64,000 nt of DNA from an uncultured delta proteobacterium (GCA_963848425.1 CAWKDO010000006.1:345362-409361), one strand, 5' to 3'; positions 21,660-34,784 are shown, counted from the stretch's first letter. Numbers and translations are program-made. Notes: generated by a model from the sequence alone, not told the origin.

Positions 21660-22412
21660 ATGAGTACGAATACTTCAATTGAATGGACAGAACAGACCTG
21701 GAATCCAGCGATCGGTTGCAGCAAGGTGTCGTCGGGATGCGCCCATTGTTACGCCGAGGTTATGGCGCGGCGGTTGAAAGCTATGGGCGTGAAAGGTTAC
21801 GAAAACGGTTTCCAAATCAGACTGTTGCCATATCGACTCAACGAACCACTGAAGCGAAGACGCCCGACGATTTACTTTGTCAATTCCATGAGTGACCTCT
21901 TCCACGAAGCGATTCCAGACGATTATATCCGTCAGGTTTTCGACGTCATCCGCCAAGCACCGCAACATACCTTTCAGATCTTGACCAAGCGGGCCGAGCG
22001 CATGGCCACTTTTTTCGACAGCTACGGCACAGCGCCAAACAACGCATGGCTGGGAGTGACGGTCGAAGACCGTGCTCACGGCGTTCCGCGTCTCGACTGG
22101 GTGCGCCAAGTTCCGGCACGCATCCGTTTTGTCTCCGCAGAGCCTTTACTCGAAGACCTCGGCACACTTGATCTTTCCGGAATTCACTGGGTGATTGTCG
22201 GCGGTGAATCCGGCCCGCAAGCCCGGCCAATGCAGAAGGAATGGGTCATGAACATCAAGGGTCAGTGCGAAACTCAGCACTCGGCTTTCTTCTTTAAACA
22301 ATGGGGTGGGTGGGGGGTTGACGGGAAAAAACGAGCAAAGAGACAGAATGGTCGTTTGTTACAAGGAAGAACGTGGGATCAGATGCCGCTCAGTATGATA
22401 GACAAACTATAA
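21660..22412 (+). CDS. Phage protein Gp37/Gp68 family (DUF5131) three-Cys-motif protein
   Basis: 250 aa with N-terminal WNPAIGCSKVSSGCAHCYAE (C-x6-C-x2-C) and conserved HTFQILTKR and WVIVGGESG segments characteristic of PF07505. GC is about 50%, against about 62% genome background. Confidence 0.8.
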   Translation: MSTNTSIEWTEQTWNPAIGCSKVSSGCAHCYAEVMARRLKAMGVKGYENGFQIRLLPYRLNEPLKRRRPTIYFVNSMSDLFHEAIPDDYIRQVFDVIRQAPQHTFQILTKRAERMATFFDSYGTAPNNAWLGVTVEDRAHGVPRLDWVRQVPARIRFVSAEPLLEDLGTLDLSGIHWVIVGGESGPQARPMQKEWVMNIKGQCETQHSAFFFKQWGGWGVDGKKRAKRQNGRLLQGRTWDQMPLSMIDKL

Positions 22413-22422
22413 AGGAGGGGAT

Positions 22423-23697
22423 ATGGCAGAGACTCATTACCAATGGGGGATTGGAGAAAGACCACCCATTATCAAACAGCACAGCATCGCAAAACATGAA
22501 ATTTTACGTGCATATTTGGTTTCTTATATTCAGACGTTAACTACCTCTCCGAGACAAGATGAATTTCGTCTTACCCTGGTTGATGGGTTCGCAGGTGGTG
22601 GGATTTATCGACACGAGAAAACTGGGGAAGAGATACTTGGGTCACCCCTTATAATGCTTGAAGCTGCAAAGGAAGCAGAATTTATAATCAATCAACAAAG
22701 ACAAAAGAAAATTCATTTTGATATCACTTATTTTTTTATTGAATCAAACAAGCAAGCAGAGGCACACCTTCGCCATGAGCTTACATTGCGAGGTTACGGC
22801 TCAAGTTTGAATGATACCATTTTTTTAATTTGCGACAAATTTCACAATCAATCTGATAAAATCATAGATTTTGTTAAAAAGAAAAGTCCGAGGTCAACAA
22901 AAACAATATTTTTGCTCGACCAATATGGCTACACAGATGTACCAACAGACTTATTAAATACTTTGGTTTTTAGCCTCTCTGGTTCAGAAATAATTCTTAC
23001 CTTCGCGGTAGATTCGTTTTTAAATTTTGCTGGTGATCATCCGATCACAAAAAGAGGGTTGGAAAGAATTGGTTTATCTGATCTGCTTAACGGTAGAAGC
23101 TTTGATGAAATAAAACGTAGCGATAAAAAATGGCGACTTTTTATTCAAAGCTGTTTGTATAAAGAATTAGTTGACGCAAGTGGTGCAAGGTTTTATACGC
23201 CATTTTTTATAAGATCTACAAACGGTCACGGAGATTACTGGTTATTACATTTTTCGCAAAGGGCACGAGCGCGCGATGTTATGACACGCATTCATTGGGA
23301 AAAAAATAATTATTTTATTCACTATGGCGGAGCTGGTTTGAACATGTTTCAGATGCTTGGTTATATTCCTGAAAAGGATAGTCAATACACCGGGCAAATG
23401 GACCTTGGCTTTTGTTTTGATGATCTTGCAAAAACAAGCAGCATCAATGCCCTTTCAGAACAAATCCCTCATCTGATTTATCCAGATCCTGAAGGCATGT
23501 CATTTGGTGAGCTTTTCGCGTCAACATGTAACTCCTCTCCCGCATCAGCTGCTGTGTACCGAGAAGCTTTAGGAGTCTTGCTTCAGCATAAAGAAATCGA
23601 AATATTTGGGCAAGATGGTGCTGAACGACGTTCTGCCAACAGGATTCACGATAATGATCAGATTATCCCGCCAAAACAGCGAACATTCTCTTTTTAA
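22423..23697 (+). CDS. Three-Cys-motif partner protein (TcmP)-like, partner of Gp37/Gp68
   Basis: 424 aa, about 38% GC, strong RBS AGGAGG. N-terminus WGIGERPPIIKQHSIAKHEIL...LVDGFAGGGIY resembles TcmP (a MTase-motif-I-like FxGxG). Found immediately after a DUF5131 gene, as TcmP is defined. Confidence 0.6.
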   Translation: MAETHYQWGIGERPPIIKQHSIAKHEILRAYLVSYIQTLTTSPRQDEFRLTLVDGFAGGGIYRHEKTGEEILGSPLIMLEAAKEAEFIINQQRQKKIHFDITYFFIESNKQAEAHLRHELTLRGYGSSLNDTIFLICDKFHNQSDKIIDFVKKKSPRSTKTIFLLDQYGYTDVPTDLLNTLVFSLSGSEIILTFAVDSFLNFAGDHPITKRGLERIGLSDLLNGRSFDEIKRSDKKWRLFIQSCLYKELVDASGARFYTPFFIRSTNGHGDYWLLHFSQRARARDVMTRIHWEKNNYFIHYGGAGLNMFQMLGYIPEKDSQYTGQMDLGFCFDDLAKTSSINALSEQIPHLIYPDPEGMSFGELFASTCNSSPASAAVYREALGVLLQHKEIEIFGQDGAERRSANRIHDNDQIIPPKQRTFSF

Positions 23698-23711
23698 ATC
23701 AATTTTTAGCC

Positions 23712-23745
23712 GGGAGCCCACACTCGATGGGCTCTTTCCTCGACA
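23712..23745 (+). terminator. Putative terminator after the TcmP-like gene
   Basis: Hairpin GGGAGCCCA-cactcg-ATGGGCTCTTTCC 15 bp after the stop. Weak T-tract. Confidence 0.3.
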
Positions 23746-23766
23746 GAAAATATTTTTCAGCCCGAT

Positions 23767-26373
<2,607 letters not shown>

Positions 26374-26566
26374 GGCCATCCTCTCCGCAGGTGTTATCCC
26401 ATTATAACGGCACCGGACAATTTCGCCGGTCCATTCGATAGAGATACAACCGACGTGCCAATAGATAAAATCTGTAAGTACAGGCACTTAGGTTCGAAGA
26501 GCGGACTTGCGACGCTGCAGAGCGGTCGCCGGGAACGTCTGCGACGCCGCAAGGTGCGGATGCAGG

Positions 26567-27547
26567 CTAGGCGGGAGACTCCGGATCGAGAATCGGGGAT
26601 ACGGGCAGGGACTGGCGTAGCGGGCCGCGCCGGAAAGGAAGGACGCGCACCAGCAGGGGGAGGAGGACGGCCAGAAAGATCAGCAGACAGCCGCTCCATT
26701 CCTGTAGACTCAGCCGTTCGCCCAGGAGCAGGACCCCGCCAAGGAGGCTCCAGATCGGATCGAGGGTGTAGATCAACCCCGCCTGAGTGGGAGTGGTGTG
26801 CGGCTGAAAGGCATTCTGCAGGGTGAAGCAGATGATGGTAGGGAAGATGACGCAATAGCCGAGAGCCGCCGCCGACACCGGGCCGAAGGGAGCCGGCGGA
26901 CCGTCGATCAGCAGGGCCAGAGCGACGCCGATCACCGCCACGGTGGCGAACTGCACCAAGGTGACGAGGTAAAGATCGACTTCGCGCAGCAGGCGGGAAA
27001 CCAGCACGATATGCAGGGAGATGAAGAAGGCGCAGATGACGGAGAAGAGATCGCCGCGGCTGAACCCCGCGACCCCGCCGCCGGCCAACCAGCTCAGCCC
27101 GGCGATGGCCAGAAGGACCCCGGCCCAGGTGGCGCGGTCGATGCGGGACCGCCAGAGAGCCAGGCAGACGATCGGCACGATCAGCACGAAAAGATTGTTG
27201 AGAAAACCGGCACGGGAAATAGTGGTGCCGCTCACCCCGAGGACGAAGGTAAGATTGGCGCCGGCCAGCGCAATGCCGACCGCCGCCCCTTTGCGCACAC
27301 CGACGAGGGTCGGCCGACGACGACGCCAGAGGCAGAAAATGCCGAGCAGCAGCGTCGCCAGGGAAAAACGCAGCGCCATGAAGGTGATCGGCGGGATCTC
27401 GCGAAAGCCGATCTTGTTGAAAACAAAACTACCACCCCAGAGCAGGGTGGTAACGATCAGCCAATAAGGAGCCTGTCTGGCCAGCGTCTCCGGAGAACGT
27501 TCTTTCACCATGCGGCCATTTAACGCGCATTCGGGGGTGCGCGTCAA
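26567..27547 (-). CDS. EamA/DMT superfamily transporter
   Basis: Ten predicted TM helices in two EamA repeats. Confidence 0.75.
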   Translation of the reverse strand: MTRTPECALNGRMVKERSPETLARQAPYWLIVTTLLWGGSFVFNKIGFREIPPITFMALRFSLATLLLGIFCLWRRRRPTLVGVRKGAAVGIALAGANLTFVLGVSGTTISRAGFLNNLFVLIVPIVCLALWRSRIDRATWAGVLLAIAGLSWLAGGGVAGFSRGDLFSVICAFFISLHIVLVSRLLREVDLYLVTLVQFATVAVIGVALALLIDGPPAPFGPVSAAALGYCVIFPTIICFTLQNAFQPHTTPTQAGLIYTLDPIWSLLGGVLLLGERLSLQEWSGCLLIFLAVLLPLLVRVLPFRRGPLRQSLPVSPILDPESPA

Positions 27548-27556
27548 GAGGGGGCG

Positions 27557-29011
27557 TCAGCGCTTTTCCAGTTTTTTCCGCGACAGCGCCAGCTTGTCCA
27601 AATGCCGGTAAAGGGTGGCGCGATGCACGCCGAGCAGGCGGGCGGCGGCGCTCAAATTGCCGGCGGCGGCATGCCAGGCGCGGCGAACCTCTTCCGAATC
27701 GAGCTCGGCCGGGCGGGTGCTGCGCCGGCGCTTCGCCGGCACGAGTTCCGCCTCGAAAACGCCATCGCGGCCGGCGGGCAGAAGGCGGCGCTCGGAGCTG
27801 AGCGGATAGGGCGGAATGACCGGCGCCGCCTCCCGCTCCAGCGCTTCCATCCCCCAGCTTCCGGGGGAAAAATCCTGCCGTTCGCGAATCCACTCGCGAA
27901 AGGCGCGGGCGCCGACCACCTCCGCCTGCGTTTCGACAAAAACCCGCTCCAGCACATTGCGCAGCTCGCGCACATTCCCCGGCCAGAGATAGGACTGCAG
28001 CAGCGTCAGCGCCTCCGGCGTCAGCCGTTCGATGTGGCGGCCGTAGCGGCGATTGAAGATCCGGAGAAAATGCTCGACCAGCAGCGGGATATCCTCGCTG
28101 CGCCGGCGCAGGGGGGGCATGTGGATGCGCAGCACGCAGAGCCGATGATAGAGATCGGCGCGGAAGCGGCGCTCCCCCACCGTCTGTTCCAGCGGCAGGT
28201 TGGTGGCGCCGACGATGCGCACATCGACCCTCTTCTCCACTTCCGCCCCGACCCGCTCGATGCTCCCTGTCTCCAGCACCCGCAGCAGTTTCGCCTGCGT
28301 GTGCAGCGGCATGTCGCCGATCTCGTCGAGAAAGAGGGTACCGCCGTCCGCCCGCTCGAAGCGACCGCGGTGCGTGCGTATGGCGCCGGTGAACGCCCCT
28401 TTTTCGTGGCCGAACAGTTCCGATTCGAGCAGTTCGCCAGAAATGGCCGAGCAGTTGACGGCGACGAAGGGGCCGCGACGGCGGAAGTTGCCGTCGTGCA
28501 GAGCGCGGGCAACGAGTTCCTTGCCGGTGCCGGTTTCGCCGGTGATCACCACCGCCGCCTCGGAGGGGGCATAGAGGGCAATCTTGCGATAAACTTCGCG
28601 CATCGCCGCACTCGCGCCGACCAGGCCGTGAAAGGGAGCGAGCGCTTCCGCCCGGGCGGGCGAATGAAAGCTGAAGGTGACCGTCCGCCCGCTGTAGCCT
28701 TCGGCCAGACCGCCGGCGCGCACCTCGGCGACGAGGAAGACCGGCGGTTCGCCGGCAAAGCGGACGTGCACGCCGGTCAGTGGCTCCGGGCGGGCCGCCG
28801 CCTCCCGCGCCAGCTCCGGCAGCGGTGGAATCGTCTCGGCAAAAAGGCGGTGCAGCAGGCGACCGCGCCCCTTCTCGGGCGCAATACCAGCCAAACGGGC
28901 CAGCTGCGGCGAAAGGCGCAATAGCCGCCAGCTTTCCCCGTCGGCGCTGACGACCACCAGATCGGGGGAAAGGGCGGGCAGTTGATTTTCGTTCCGCTGC
29001 GAATCGGGCAT
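27557..29011 (-). CDS. Sigma-54-dependent transcriptional activator (bEBP) with non-receiver N-terminal sensor domain
   Basis: AAA+ sigma-54 interaction domain ([36 protein letters not shown]) and C-terminal Fis-type HTH. The 130 aa N-terminal domain is unrecognized. Confidence 0.8.
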   Translation of the reverse strand: MPDSQRNENQLPALSPDLVVVSADGESWRLLRLSPQLARLAGIAPEKGRGRLLHRLFAETIPPLPELAREAAARPEPLTGVHVRFAGEPPVFLVAEVRAGGLAEGYSGRTVTFSFHSPARAEALAPFHGLVGASAAMREVYRKIALYAPSEAAVVITGETGTGKELVARALHDGNFRRRGPFVAVNCSAISGELLESELFGHEKGAFTGAIRTHRGRFERADGGTLFLDEIGDMPLHTQAKLLRVLETGSIERVGAEVEKRVDVRIVGATNLPLEQTVGERRFRADLYHRLCVLRIHMPPLRRRSEDIPLLVEHFLRIFNRRYGRHIERLTPEALTLLQSYLWPGNVRELRNVLERVFVETQAEVVGARAFREWIRERQDFSPGSWGMEALEREAAPVIPPYPLSSERRLLPAGRDGVFEAELVPAKRRRSTRPAELDSEEVRRAWHAAAGNLSAAARLLGVHRATLYRHLDKLALSRKKLEKR

Positions 29012-29104
29012 GAATCCCTCATGAAGAGTAGAGAACCCGATTCAATTTAACCCTTCCGGCACCCACGCGCAAGAGAGCTCTAAACGGAACTCATGACTCC
29101 CACT

Positions 29105-29225
29105 GTCCAAGGCTGATCAAAAATGCCCGAATGCAAGGCGCCCGAGTCCGAAGACCCGAGGCGTACCGAAAGGTACGTCGCAGGGTCGGAGGGCGAAGGG
29201 CAACGCCGCAGGCGGGCGTTTTTCA
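29105..29225. repeat. Copy 1 of a 120 bp palindromic intergenic element with 19-bp terminal inverted repeats
   Basis: 5' GGCTGATCAAAAATGCCCG ... CGGGCGTTTTTCATCAGCC 3'. Internal hairpin GGCGTACC-GAAA-GGTACGTC. About 80% identical to the copy at 58661..58778. Sits between the phoU stop and the bEBP gene. Confidence 0.5.
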
Positions 29226-29237
29226 TCAGCCCCCTCA

Positions 29238-29879
29238 CTAAAAGGTGTGGCGGACGATCTCCCCTTCTATCATATAAATCACATCCTCGGCGATATTGGT
29301 GGTGAGGTCGGCGATCCGTTCCAGGTGGCGGGAAACCGAGGTGTACTGGATGAGCGAGTCGATCCGCTCGGGATATTGCCGGATCTGCTCTTTGACCAGT
29401 CGGTAATTGTCCTTGTGGAGGGCATCGACCCCATCGTCGAGGCGACAGACCTCCCGCGCCACCTGGGGATCGAGGTTGACCAGTGAATCGATGGCCTTGT
29501 TCAGCATGACCTGGGCTTTTCCGCCCATCTCTTCGACATCGAAGGGAACCGGCACGCGCCCTTCGGCGGCGATGCCGATCGTGCGTTCGGCGATATTCAC
29601 CGACAGATCGCAGATCCGCTCCAGATCGTTGTTGATCTTCAGCACCGAAACGATGAAGCGCAGATCGATGGCGACCGGCTGGTGCAGGGCGAGAATCTTC
29701 AGGCACTCCTCTTCAAGATCGACCTCCATCCGGTCGACCTGATCGTCGCTGGCAATCACCTTCTCGGCCAGCGCGACATCCATCCGCTCCAGAGAATGCA
29801 CGGACTGCTGCACACTCTCCTCGGCGACGGCGGCGAGTTCCAGAATCATCTTCTTGAGCTTTTCCAACTCCCGATGCAT
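29238..29879 (-). CDS. phoU: Phosphate transport system regulator PhoU
   Basis: About 213 aa, starting [15 protein letters not shown], with two PhoU repeats. RBS GGAGGAAC upstream. The upstream in-frame extension comes from the pstB frameshift. Confidence 0.85.
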   Translation of the reverse strand: MHRELEKLKKMILELAAVAEESVQQSVHSLERMDVALAEKVIASDDQVDRMEVDLEEECLKILALHQPVAIDLRFIVSVLKINNDLERICDLSVNIAERTIGIAAEGRVPVPFDVEEMGGKAQVMLNKAIDSLVNLDPQVAREVCRLDDGVDALHKDNYRLVKEQIRQYPERIDSLIQYTSVSRHLERIADLTTNIAEDVIYMIEGEIVRHTF

Positions 29880-29899
29880 GTGCCCCACGGCGTTCCTCC

Positions 29900-30736
29900 T
29901 TAACCGAACCGGCCGGTGATGTAATCTTCCGTCTGCTTCTGCGCCGGTTTGGTAAAAATCTGCCGGGTCGGGCCGAACTCGACGATCGTTCCCTGGTAGA
30001 AGAAGGCCGTGTAGTCGGAAATGCGCGCGGCCTGCTGCATGTTGTGGGTGACGATGACGATGCGTGTAGCGTTCCTTGAGCGTATTGATCAGTTCCTCGA
30101 TCTTGGCCGTGGCGACCGGGTCGATGGCCGAGGTCGGTTCGTCCATCAGCAGCACCTCCGGCTCGACGGCGATCGCCCGGGCGATGCACAGCCGCTGCTG
30201 CTGCCCGCCGGAGAGCGCGGTCCCCGGGTGGTCGAGCTTGTCCTTGACCTCGTCCCACAGCGCCGCCTGCCGCAAGGCCTTTCTCCACCCGCTCCGCCAG
30301 TTCGCCGCGGTTCAGCCGGTAGTGCAGCCGCAGCCCGTAGGCCACATTGTCGAAGACGCTCATGGGAAAGGGCGTGGGCTTCTGAAAGATCATGCCGATG
30401 CGGCGGCGCAGTTCGATGACGTCGCAGCGCGGGATCGAGGATATTCTCGCCGTCCAGCAGGATTTCTCCTGTGGCCCGCTGGTCGCGATAGAGCTCGAAG
30501 ATCCGGTTGTAGGTACGCAGGTGGGTGGATTTGCCGCAGCCGGAGGGGCCGATGATGGCGGTGACCTTGTTGGCGGCGATCTCCAGGTTGTTGTCGAACA
30601 GCGCCTGGTGCTCGCCATAGAAGAAATTCAGGTTGCGCGCCGCAATCTTGGCGGGGATCTCCGGACCCGAGCGGCGCGGAACCGTGGCGACGCCGAAAGA
30701 AACCTGGCCGCTCGCGCCGCTGTCCGGGTTGTTCAT
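29900..30736 (-). CDS. pstB: Phosphate ABC transporter ATP-binding protein, frameshifted
   Basis: N-terminus MNNPDSG...[37 protein letters not shown] (Walker A) in ORF 30146..30799. ABC signature [32 protein letters not shown] in ORF 29238..30275. C-terminus ...EDYITGRFG. Confidence 0.8.
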
Positions 30737-30779
30737 CTTCCGATGATCGCGAAGGTGCAAGAAACGATGCTTTTCCATT

Positions 30780-31628
30780 ATTTTCGGCTCCTGAACCATA
30801 ACAGGCTGCGGGTGAGAACGGTCGCTCCCAGGACGCCGGCGGTGATCAGAAGCGAGGCGCCCCAGGCCTTCGCCTGCCAGTCCGGATAGGGCGACATGGC
30901 GTAATTGAAGATCGTGACGGTCAGATTGGCGGTCGGCTCAGTCAATGAGCTGCGGCCAGTACGGGCTGTTCAGCGCGGTGAAGAGCAGGGGCGCCGTCTC
31001 GCCGCTGACCCGGGCCACCGCCAGCAGGATGCCGGTGATCAGCCCGGCCTTGGCGGCCCGGAAGACGATGCCGAGGGTGACTTTCCAGCGCGGCGCGCCC
31101 AGGGCCAGGGCCGATTCGCGCAGCGTGTTCGGCACCAGGTTGCAGCATGTCCTCGGTGGTGCGGGCGACCACCGGCAGCATGATGATCGCCAGGGCCACG
31201 GCCCCGGCATACCCGGAAAAACCGCCCCAGCGGCACCACCAGGATATGTAGACGAAGACGCCGATGATGATCGACGGCATGCCCATCAGGACGTTGGCAG
31301 CGAAGCGGACCGCACTCGGCAAAACGCGAGTCCCGGCCGAACTCGGCGAGAAAGACGCCGGCCAGCAGACCGATCGGCACGCCGATCAGCCGTCGCCATG
31401 GCGGTGATCATCAGCGTGCCGACGATGGCGTTGCCAGGCCGCCCGCCTCGATGCCGGGCGGGGCGGGCAGCTCGGTGAAGAATCCCAGTTGATCGCCCCG
31501 ATGCCGCGCGCCAGGACCACCGAGAGGATCCAGCCAAGGAAGGCGATGCCGACCAGCGCCGCCAGACTGGCCAGACACCGGATGGCCAGATCGCTGCCGC
31601 GGCGAATCCGGATCGAACGCGCTTTCAT
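30780..31628 (-). CDS. pstA: Phosphate ABC transporter permease PstA, frameshifted
   Basis: N-terminus [11 protein letters not shown]... overlapping the pstC stop. C-terminal permease region [51 protein letters not shown] in ORF 30938..31210. Confidence 0.7.
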
Positions 31629-32598
31629 TGCCCCGTCCCCATTCTGCGCCGGGTCCGCTTCAGCCAGAGCTGGGCGGCAACCTGGATGAGGAAAGTGATC
31701 ACGAACAGCACCAGTCCCAGTTCGACCAAGGCGCTGAGGTAGAGCGGCTCGGAGGCCTCGGTGAATTCGTTGGCCAGGGTCGAGGCGATGGTGTTGCCGG
31801 CGGCGAAGAGCGAAGGCGGAAATATCATGGTCGTTGCCGATGACGAAGGTCACCGCCATCGTCTCGCCGATGGCCCGGCCCAGGCCCAGGAAGCAGGCGC
31901 CGACGATCCCCTGGATGCCGTACGGAATCGTGACTTTGCGGGTCACTTCCCAGGTGGTCGCGCCCATGCCGTAGGCCGATTCCTTGACAACCGCGGGGCA
32001 CCATGAGAAACACGTCGCGCATGACCGCGGTGATGAACGGCAGGACCATCAGCGCCAGGATGATGCCGGCGGTCAGCATGCCGATGCCCATCGGCGGCCC
32101 CTGAAACAAGGGGAGCCCGCCGGTGACTCGCCGAGGAACGGCTGGACGTGCTCGGCCATGAACGGCGCGAAGACGAACAGCCCCCACATGCCGTAAATGA
32201 TGCTGGGGATCGCCGCCAGCAGCTCGATGGCGCCGCCGACGATACCGCGCGACCCGCGGGGGCGCCAGCTCCACCAGGAACAGGGCGATGACCAGGCTGA
32301 GCGGCACGGCGAGGACCAGGGCGATGAGCGTGGAGACCAGCGTGCCGTAGATGCTGCTGAGAGCGCCGAAATCCTCCGTTACCGGATTCCAGGCCCGGTT
32401 GACAAGAAAACCCGCCCCGAATTTCTCCAGCGCCGACCAGGAACCGCGCACCAGTTCGATCAGGATGCCGGCGACCGCCAGCAGGAGGAGGCAACCGCAG
32501 GCCACCGTCAGCCAGCGGAAGGCCGGATCGAAATTGCGGCGGGGGGCGGCAGACGTTAGCCGTGGTGAAGCGGCCTGCTGGTGCGATGCGTTATCCAT
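31625..32598 (-). CDS. pstC: Phosphate ABC transporter permease PstC, frameshifted
   Basis: N-terminal TM region in ORF 31825..32598. Middle in 31943..32494. C-terminus ...[26 protein letters not shown] in 31625..31828. Confidence 0.75.
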
Positions 32599-32616
32599 AC
32601 TTCTCCGACGTACGAA

Positions 32617-33687
32617 CTAGCGCAGCGGCCGGCCTGGTTTCCAGACCGGCTGGCCGTTGGCACGAATTTCCTTCGACCAGGCCGCTTCGACCAGGTCGAC
32701 CACCTTCTGCGGCATCGGTACGTAATCCAGCTTGACCGCCGCCGGGCTCCCCTTCGTGTAGCACCAGTCGAAGAAAGCGAGCATGGCCTGTGCTTTGGCC
32801 GCATCCGCTTGCTCCTTGTGGACCAGGATGAAGGAAGCGCCGGTGATCGGCCAGCTCTCCTCCCCCGGCTGGTCGGTAAGGATGACATAAAAAGCCGGCG
32901 AGCCGGCCCAGTCGGCATTGGCCGCCGCCGCCTGAAAGCTCTCCGCCGTCGGGGCGACATAATTGCCGGCCTGGTTTTTCAGCTGGGCGTGGCTCATCTT
33001 GTTCTGCAGGGCATAGGCGTATTCCACGTAGCCGATGGCGCCCTTCATCCGCTGGACATAGGCGGCGACGCCTTCGTTGCCCTTGCCGCCGACGCCGACC
33101 GGCCACTGCACGGCCTTGTCGTTGCCGACCTTCTGCTCCCATTCCGGCGACACCTTGCTGAGATAATTGGTGAAGATCCAGGTGGTGCCGGAGCCGTCGG
33201 AGCGGTGTACCACAGTGATTGCCTGGGCGGGGAGCTTGCGGCCGGGATTTTCCGCTTGAATGCGGGGATCGTTCCATTTGACCATCTTGCCGAGAAAAAT
33301 ATCCGCCAGCAGCGCCGGAGAAAGGCGCAGTTCGCCCGGCTTGACCCCCGCGAGATTAACCACCGGCACCACGCCGCCCATGATCATCGGAAACTGGATG
33401 AGCCCGGCCTGCGCCAGTTCTTCGGCTTTCAAAGGAGCATCCGAAGCGCCGAAATCGACGGTTTTCGCCTTGATCTGCTTGATGCCGCCACCCGAGCCGA
33501 TCGACTGGTAATTGAGCTTGGTGCCGGTCTCCTTCTGGTAGAAGTAGGCCCACTGGGAATAAACCGGATAGGGGAAGGTCGCGCCGGCGCCGTTGATGGT
33601 GACCGCCGCCGCAACCGGCAGGGGCTGGTGCAGGGCCAGCAGCATGATCGCTGCCGTCATGAGGGTTTTGCCGCAGTTCTTCATCAC
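32617..33687 (-). CDS. pstS: Phosphate-binding periplasmic protein PstS
   Basis: 356 aa intact ORF with signal peptide and PstS signatures (GAGATFPYPVY, SIGSGGGIKQI, SDGSGTT). Confidence 0.9.
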   Translation of the reverse strand: MMKNCGKTLMTAAIMLLALHQPLPVAAAVTINGAGATFPYPVYSQWAYFYQKETGTKLNYQSIGSGGGIKQIKAKTVDFGASDAPLKAEELAQAGLIQFPMIMGGVVPVVNLAGVKPGELRLSPALLADIFLGKMVKWNDPRIQAENPGRKLPAQAITVVHRSDGSGTTWIFTNYLSKVSPEWEQKVGNDKAVQWPVGVGGKGNEGVAAYVQRMKGAIGYVEYAYALQNKMSHAQLKNQAGNYVAPTAESFQAAAANADWAGSPAFYVILTDQPGEESWPITGASFILVHKEQADAAKAQAMLAFFDWCYTKGSPAAVKLDYVPMPQKVVDLVEAAWSKEIRANGQPVWKPGRPLR

Positions 33688-33739
33688 CGTTTCTCCTTTT
33701 TGCCGTTCACATGATCATCGAGGTTTATTATCCGCTTCG

Positions 33740-33757
33740 ATGTTAGTGTCATGTTAG
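33740..33757 (-). promoter_or_regulatory. Putative Pho box (two 7-bp direct repeats at 11-bp phasing) upstream of pstS
   Basis: Minus strand reads CTAACAT-GACA-CTAACAT, matching the PhoB-box architecture (CTGTCAT-N4-CTGTCAT). A GATAAT -10-like hexamer follows, about 55-70 bp upstream of the pstS ATG. Confidence 0.35.
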
Positions 33758-33939
33758 GAGACGGTGAGAAGATTGCAAGCTGCCCCTTGACGTTCGCCAG
33801 TGCGATTGCCGGTCCTTTGCACATGCTTCATCCCTGGCCCGCGGGCCCTTCCGGCCCCAGAGTTTTTTCCCAAAGGCGTTTTTTTCATGCTATTCTTCCG
33901 CTACTTTTGGCGGTTGCAGCCGCCGCCGGGCAAGTAATT

Positions 33940-33948
33940 TCAATGTTA
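33940..33948 (+). promoter_or_regulatory. Extended -10 promoter element (TGnTATAAT) for the methyltransferase gene
   Basis: TGTTATAAT lies 28 bp upstream of the ATG at 33977. Confidence 0.3.
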
Positions 33949-33976
33949 TAATTTGTGTCTGGGCTCAGGAGACTTC

Positions 33977-34765
33977 ATGCCGAAGGGATTCAAGGACAAG
34001 GTGAGAGAGCAGTTCGGCCGGACCGCCGACGGCTACGTGCGCAACAGCGGATTTGCCCCTGGCGACGATCTGGCCGAAGCGGCGCGCCTGCTGCACCCCA
34101 CCCCCGAGGATTCCCTGCTCGATGTCGCCTGCGGCGGCGGCCACACGGCGCTTTATTTCGCCCCGATGGTGCGCAGCGTTGTCGCCTCCGATCTGACGAT
34201 GCAGATGCTGAAAAAAGCCCAGGAATATATCAGCGAGGAAGGCAGGGTGGAGAATGTCACCTTTCGCGAAGCCGACGCCGAGGATCTCCCTTTCCCGGCC
34301 GGCGCTTTCACTTTGCTGACCTGCCGTATCGCACCGCATCATTTCCCCGATCTGCCACGCGCTTTGCGGGAGTTCTATCGGGTTCTGCGCCGGGGCGGGC
34401 GCATGGCAATTATCGATACACTGCTTCCGGAAGATCCAGAAATTGCCGAATTCTATCAGGCGATGGAGAAGCTGCGCGATCAGACCCATGTACGCGCCTA
34501 TACCCGCGCCGAGTGGACCCAGCTGGCCGAGGAAGCCGGCTTCATCGTGCAAGAAACCAAGATGTTCCCGAAAACCCATGATTTTCAGGAATGGGCCAAA
34601 CGCGCCGGCCTGAATCGCGAAGGGATACAGCGCCTCAACCACTTCTTCATCAACGCCCCGCCGAAAGCACACGAGTTTTTCCAGATCGAGACCTTTGCCG
34701 GCGAGGTGGAAAGCTATACCGATCAGAAACTGCTGCTGGTCGCCTCCCGGCCGGAAAAGAAGTAG
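33977..34765 (+). CDS. Class I SAM-dependent methyltransferase (Methyltransf_11 type)
   Basis: Motif I LLDVACGGGH and motif post-I VVASDL. About 262 aa from MPKGFKD. Confidence 0.75.
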   Translation: MPKGFKDKVREQFGRTADGYVRNSGFAPGDDLAEAARLLHPTPEDSLLDVACGGGHTALYFAPMVRSVVASDLTMQMLKKAQEYISEEGRVENVTFREADAEDLPFPAGAFTLLTCRIAPHHFPDLPRALREFYRVLRRGGRMAIIDTLLPEDPEIAEFYQAMEKLRDQTHVRAYTRAEWTQLAEEAGFIVQETKMFPKTHDFQEWAKRAGLNREGIQRLNHFFINAPPKAHEFFQIETFAGEVESYTDQKLLLVASRPEKK

Positions 34766-34784
34766 AGATTTTTCCCGCCAACCA

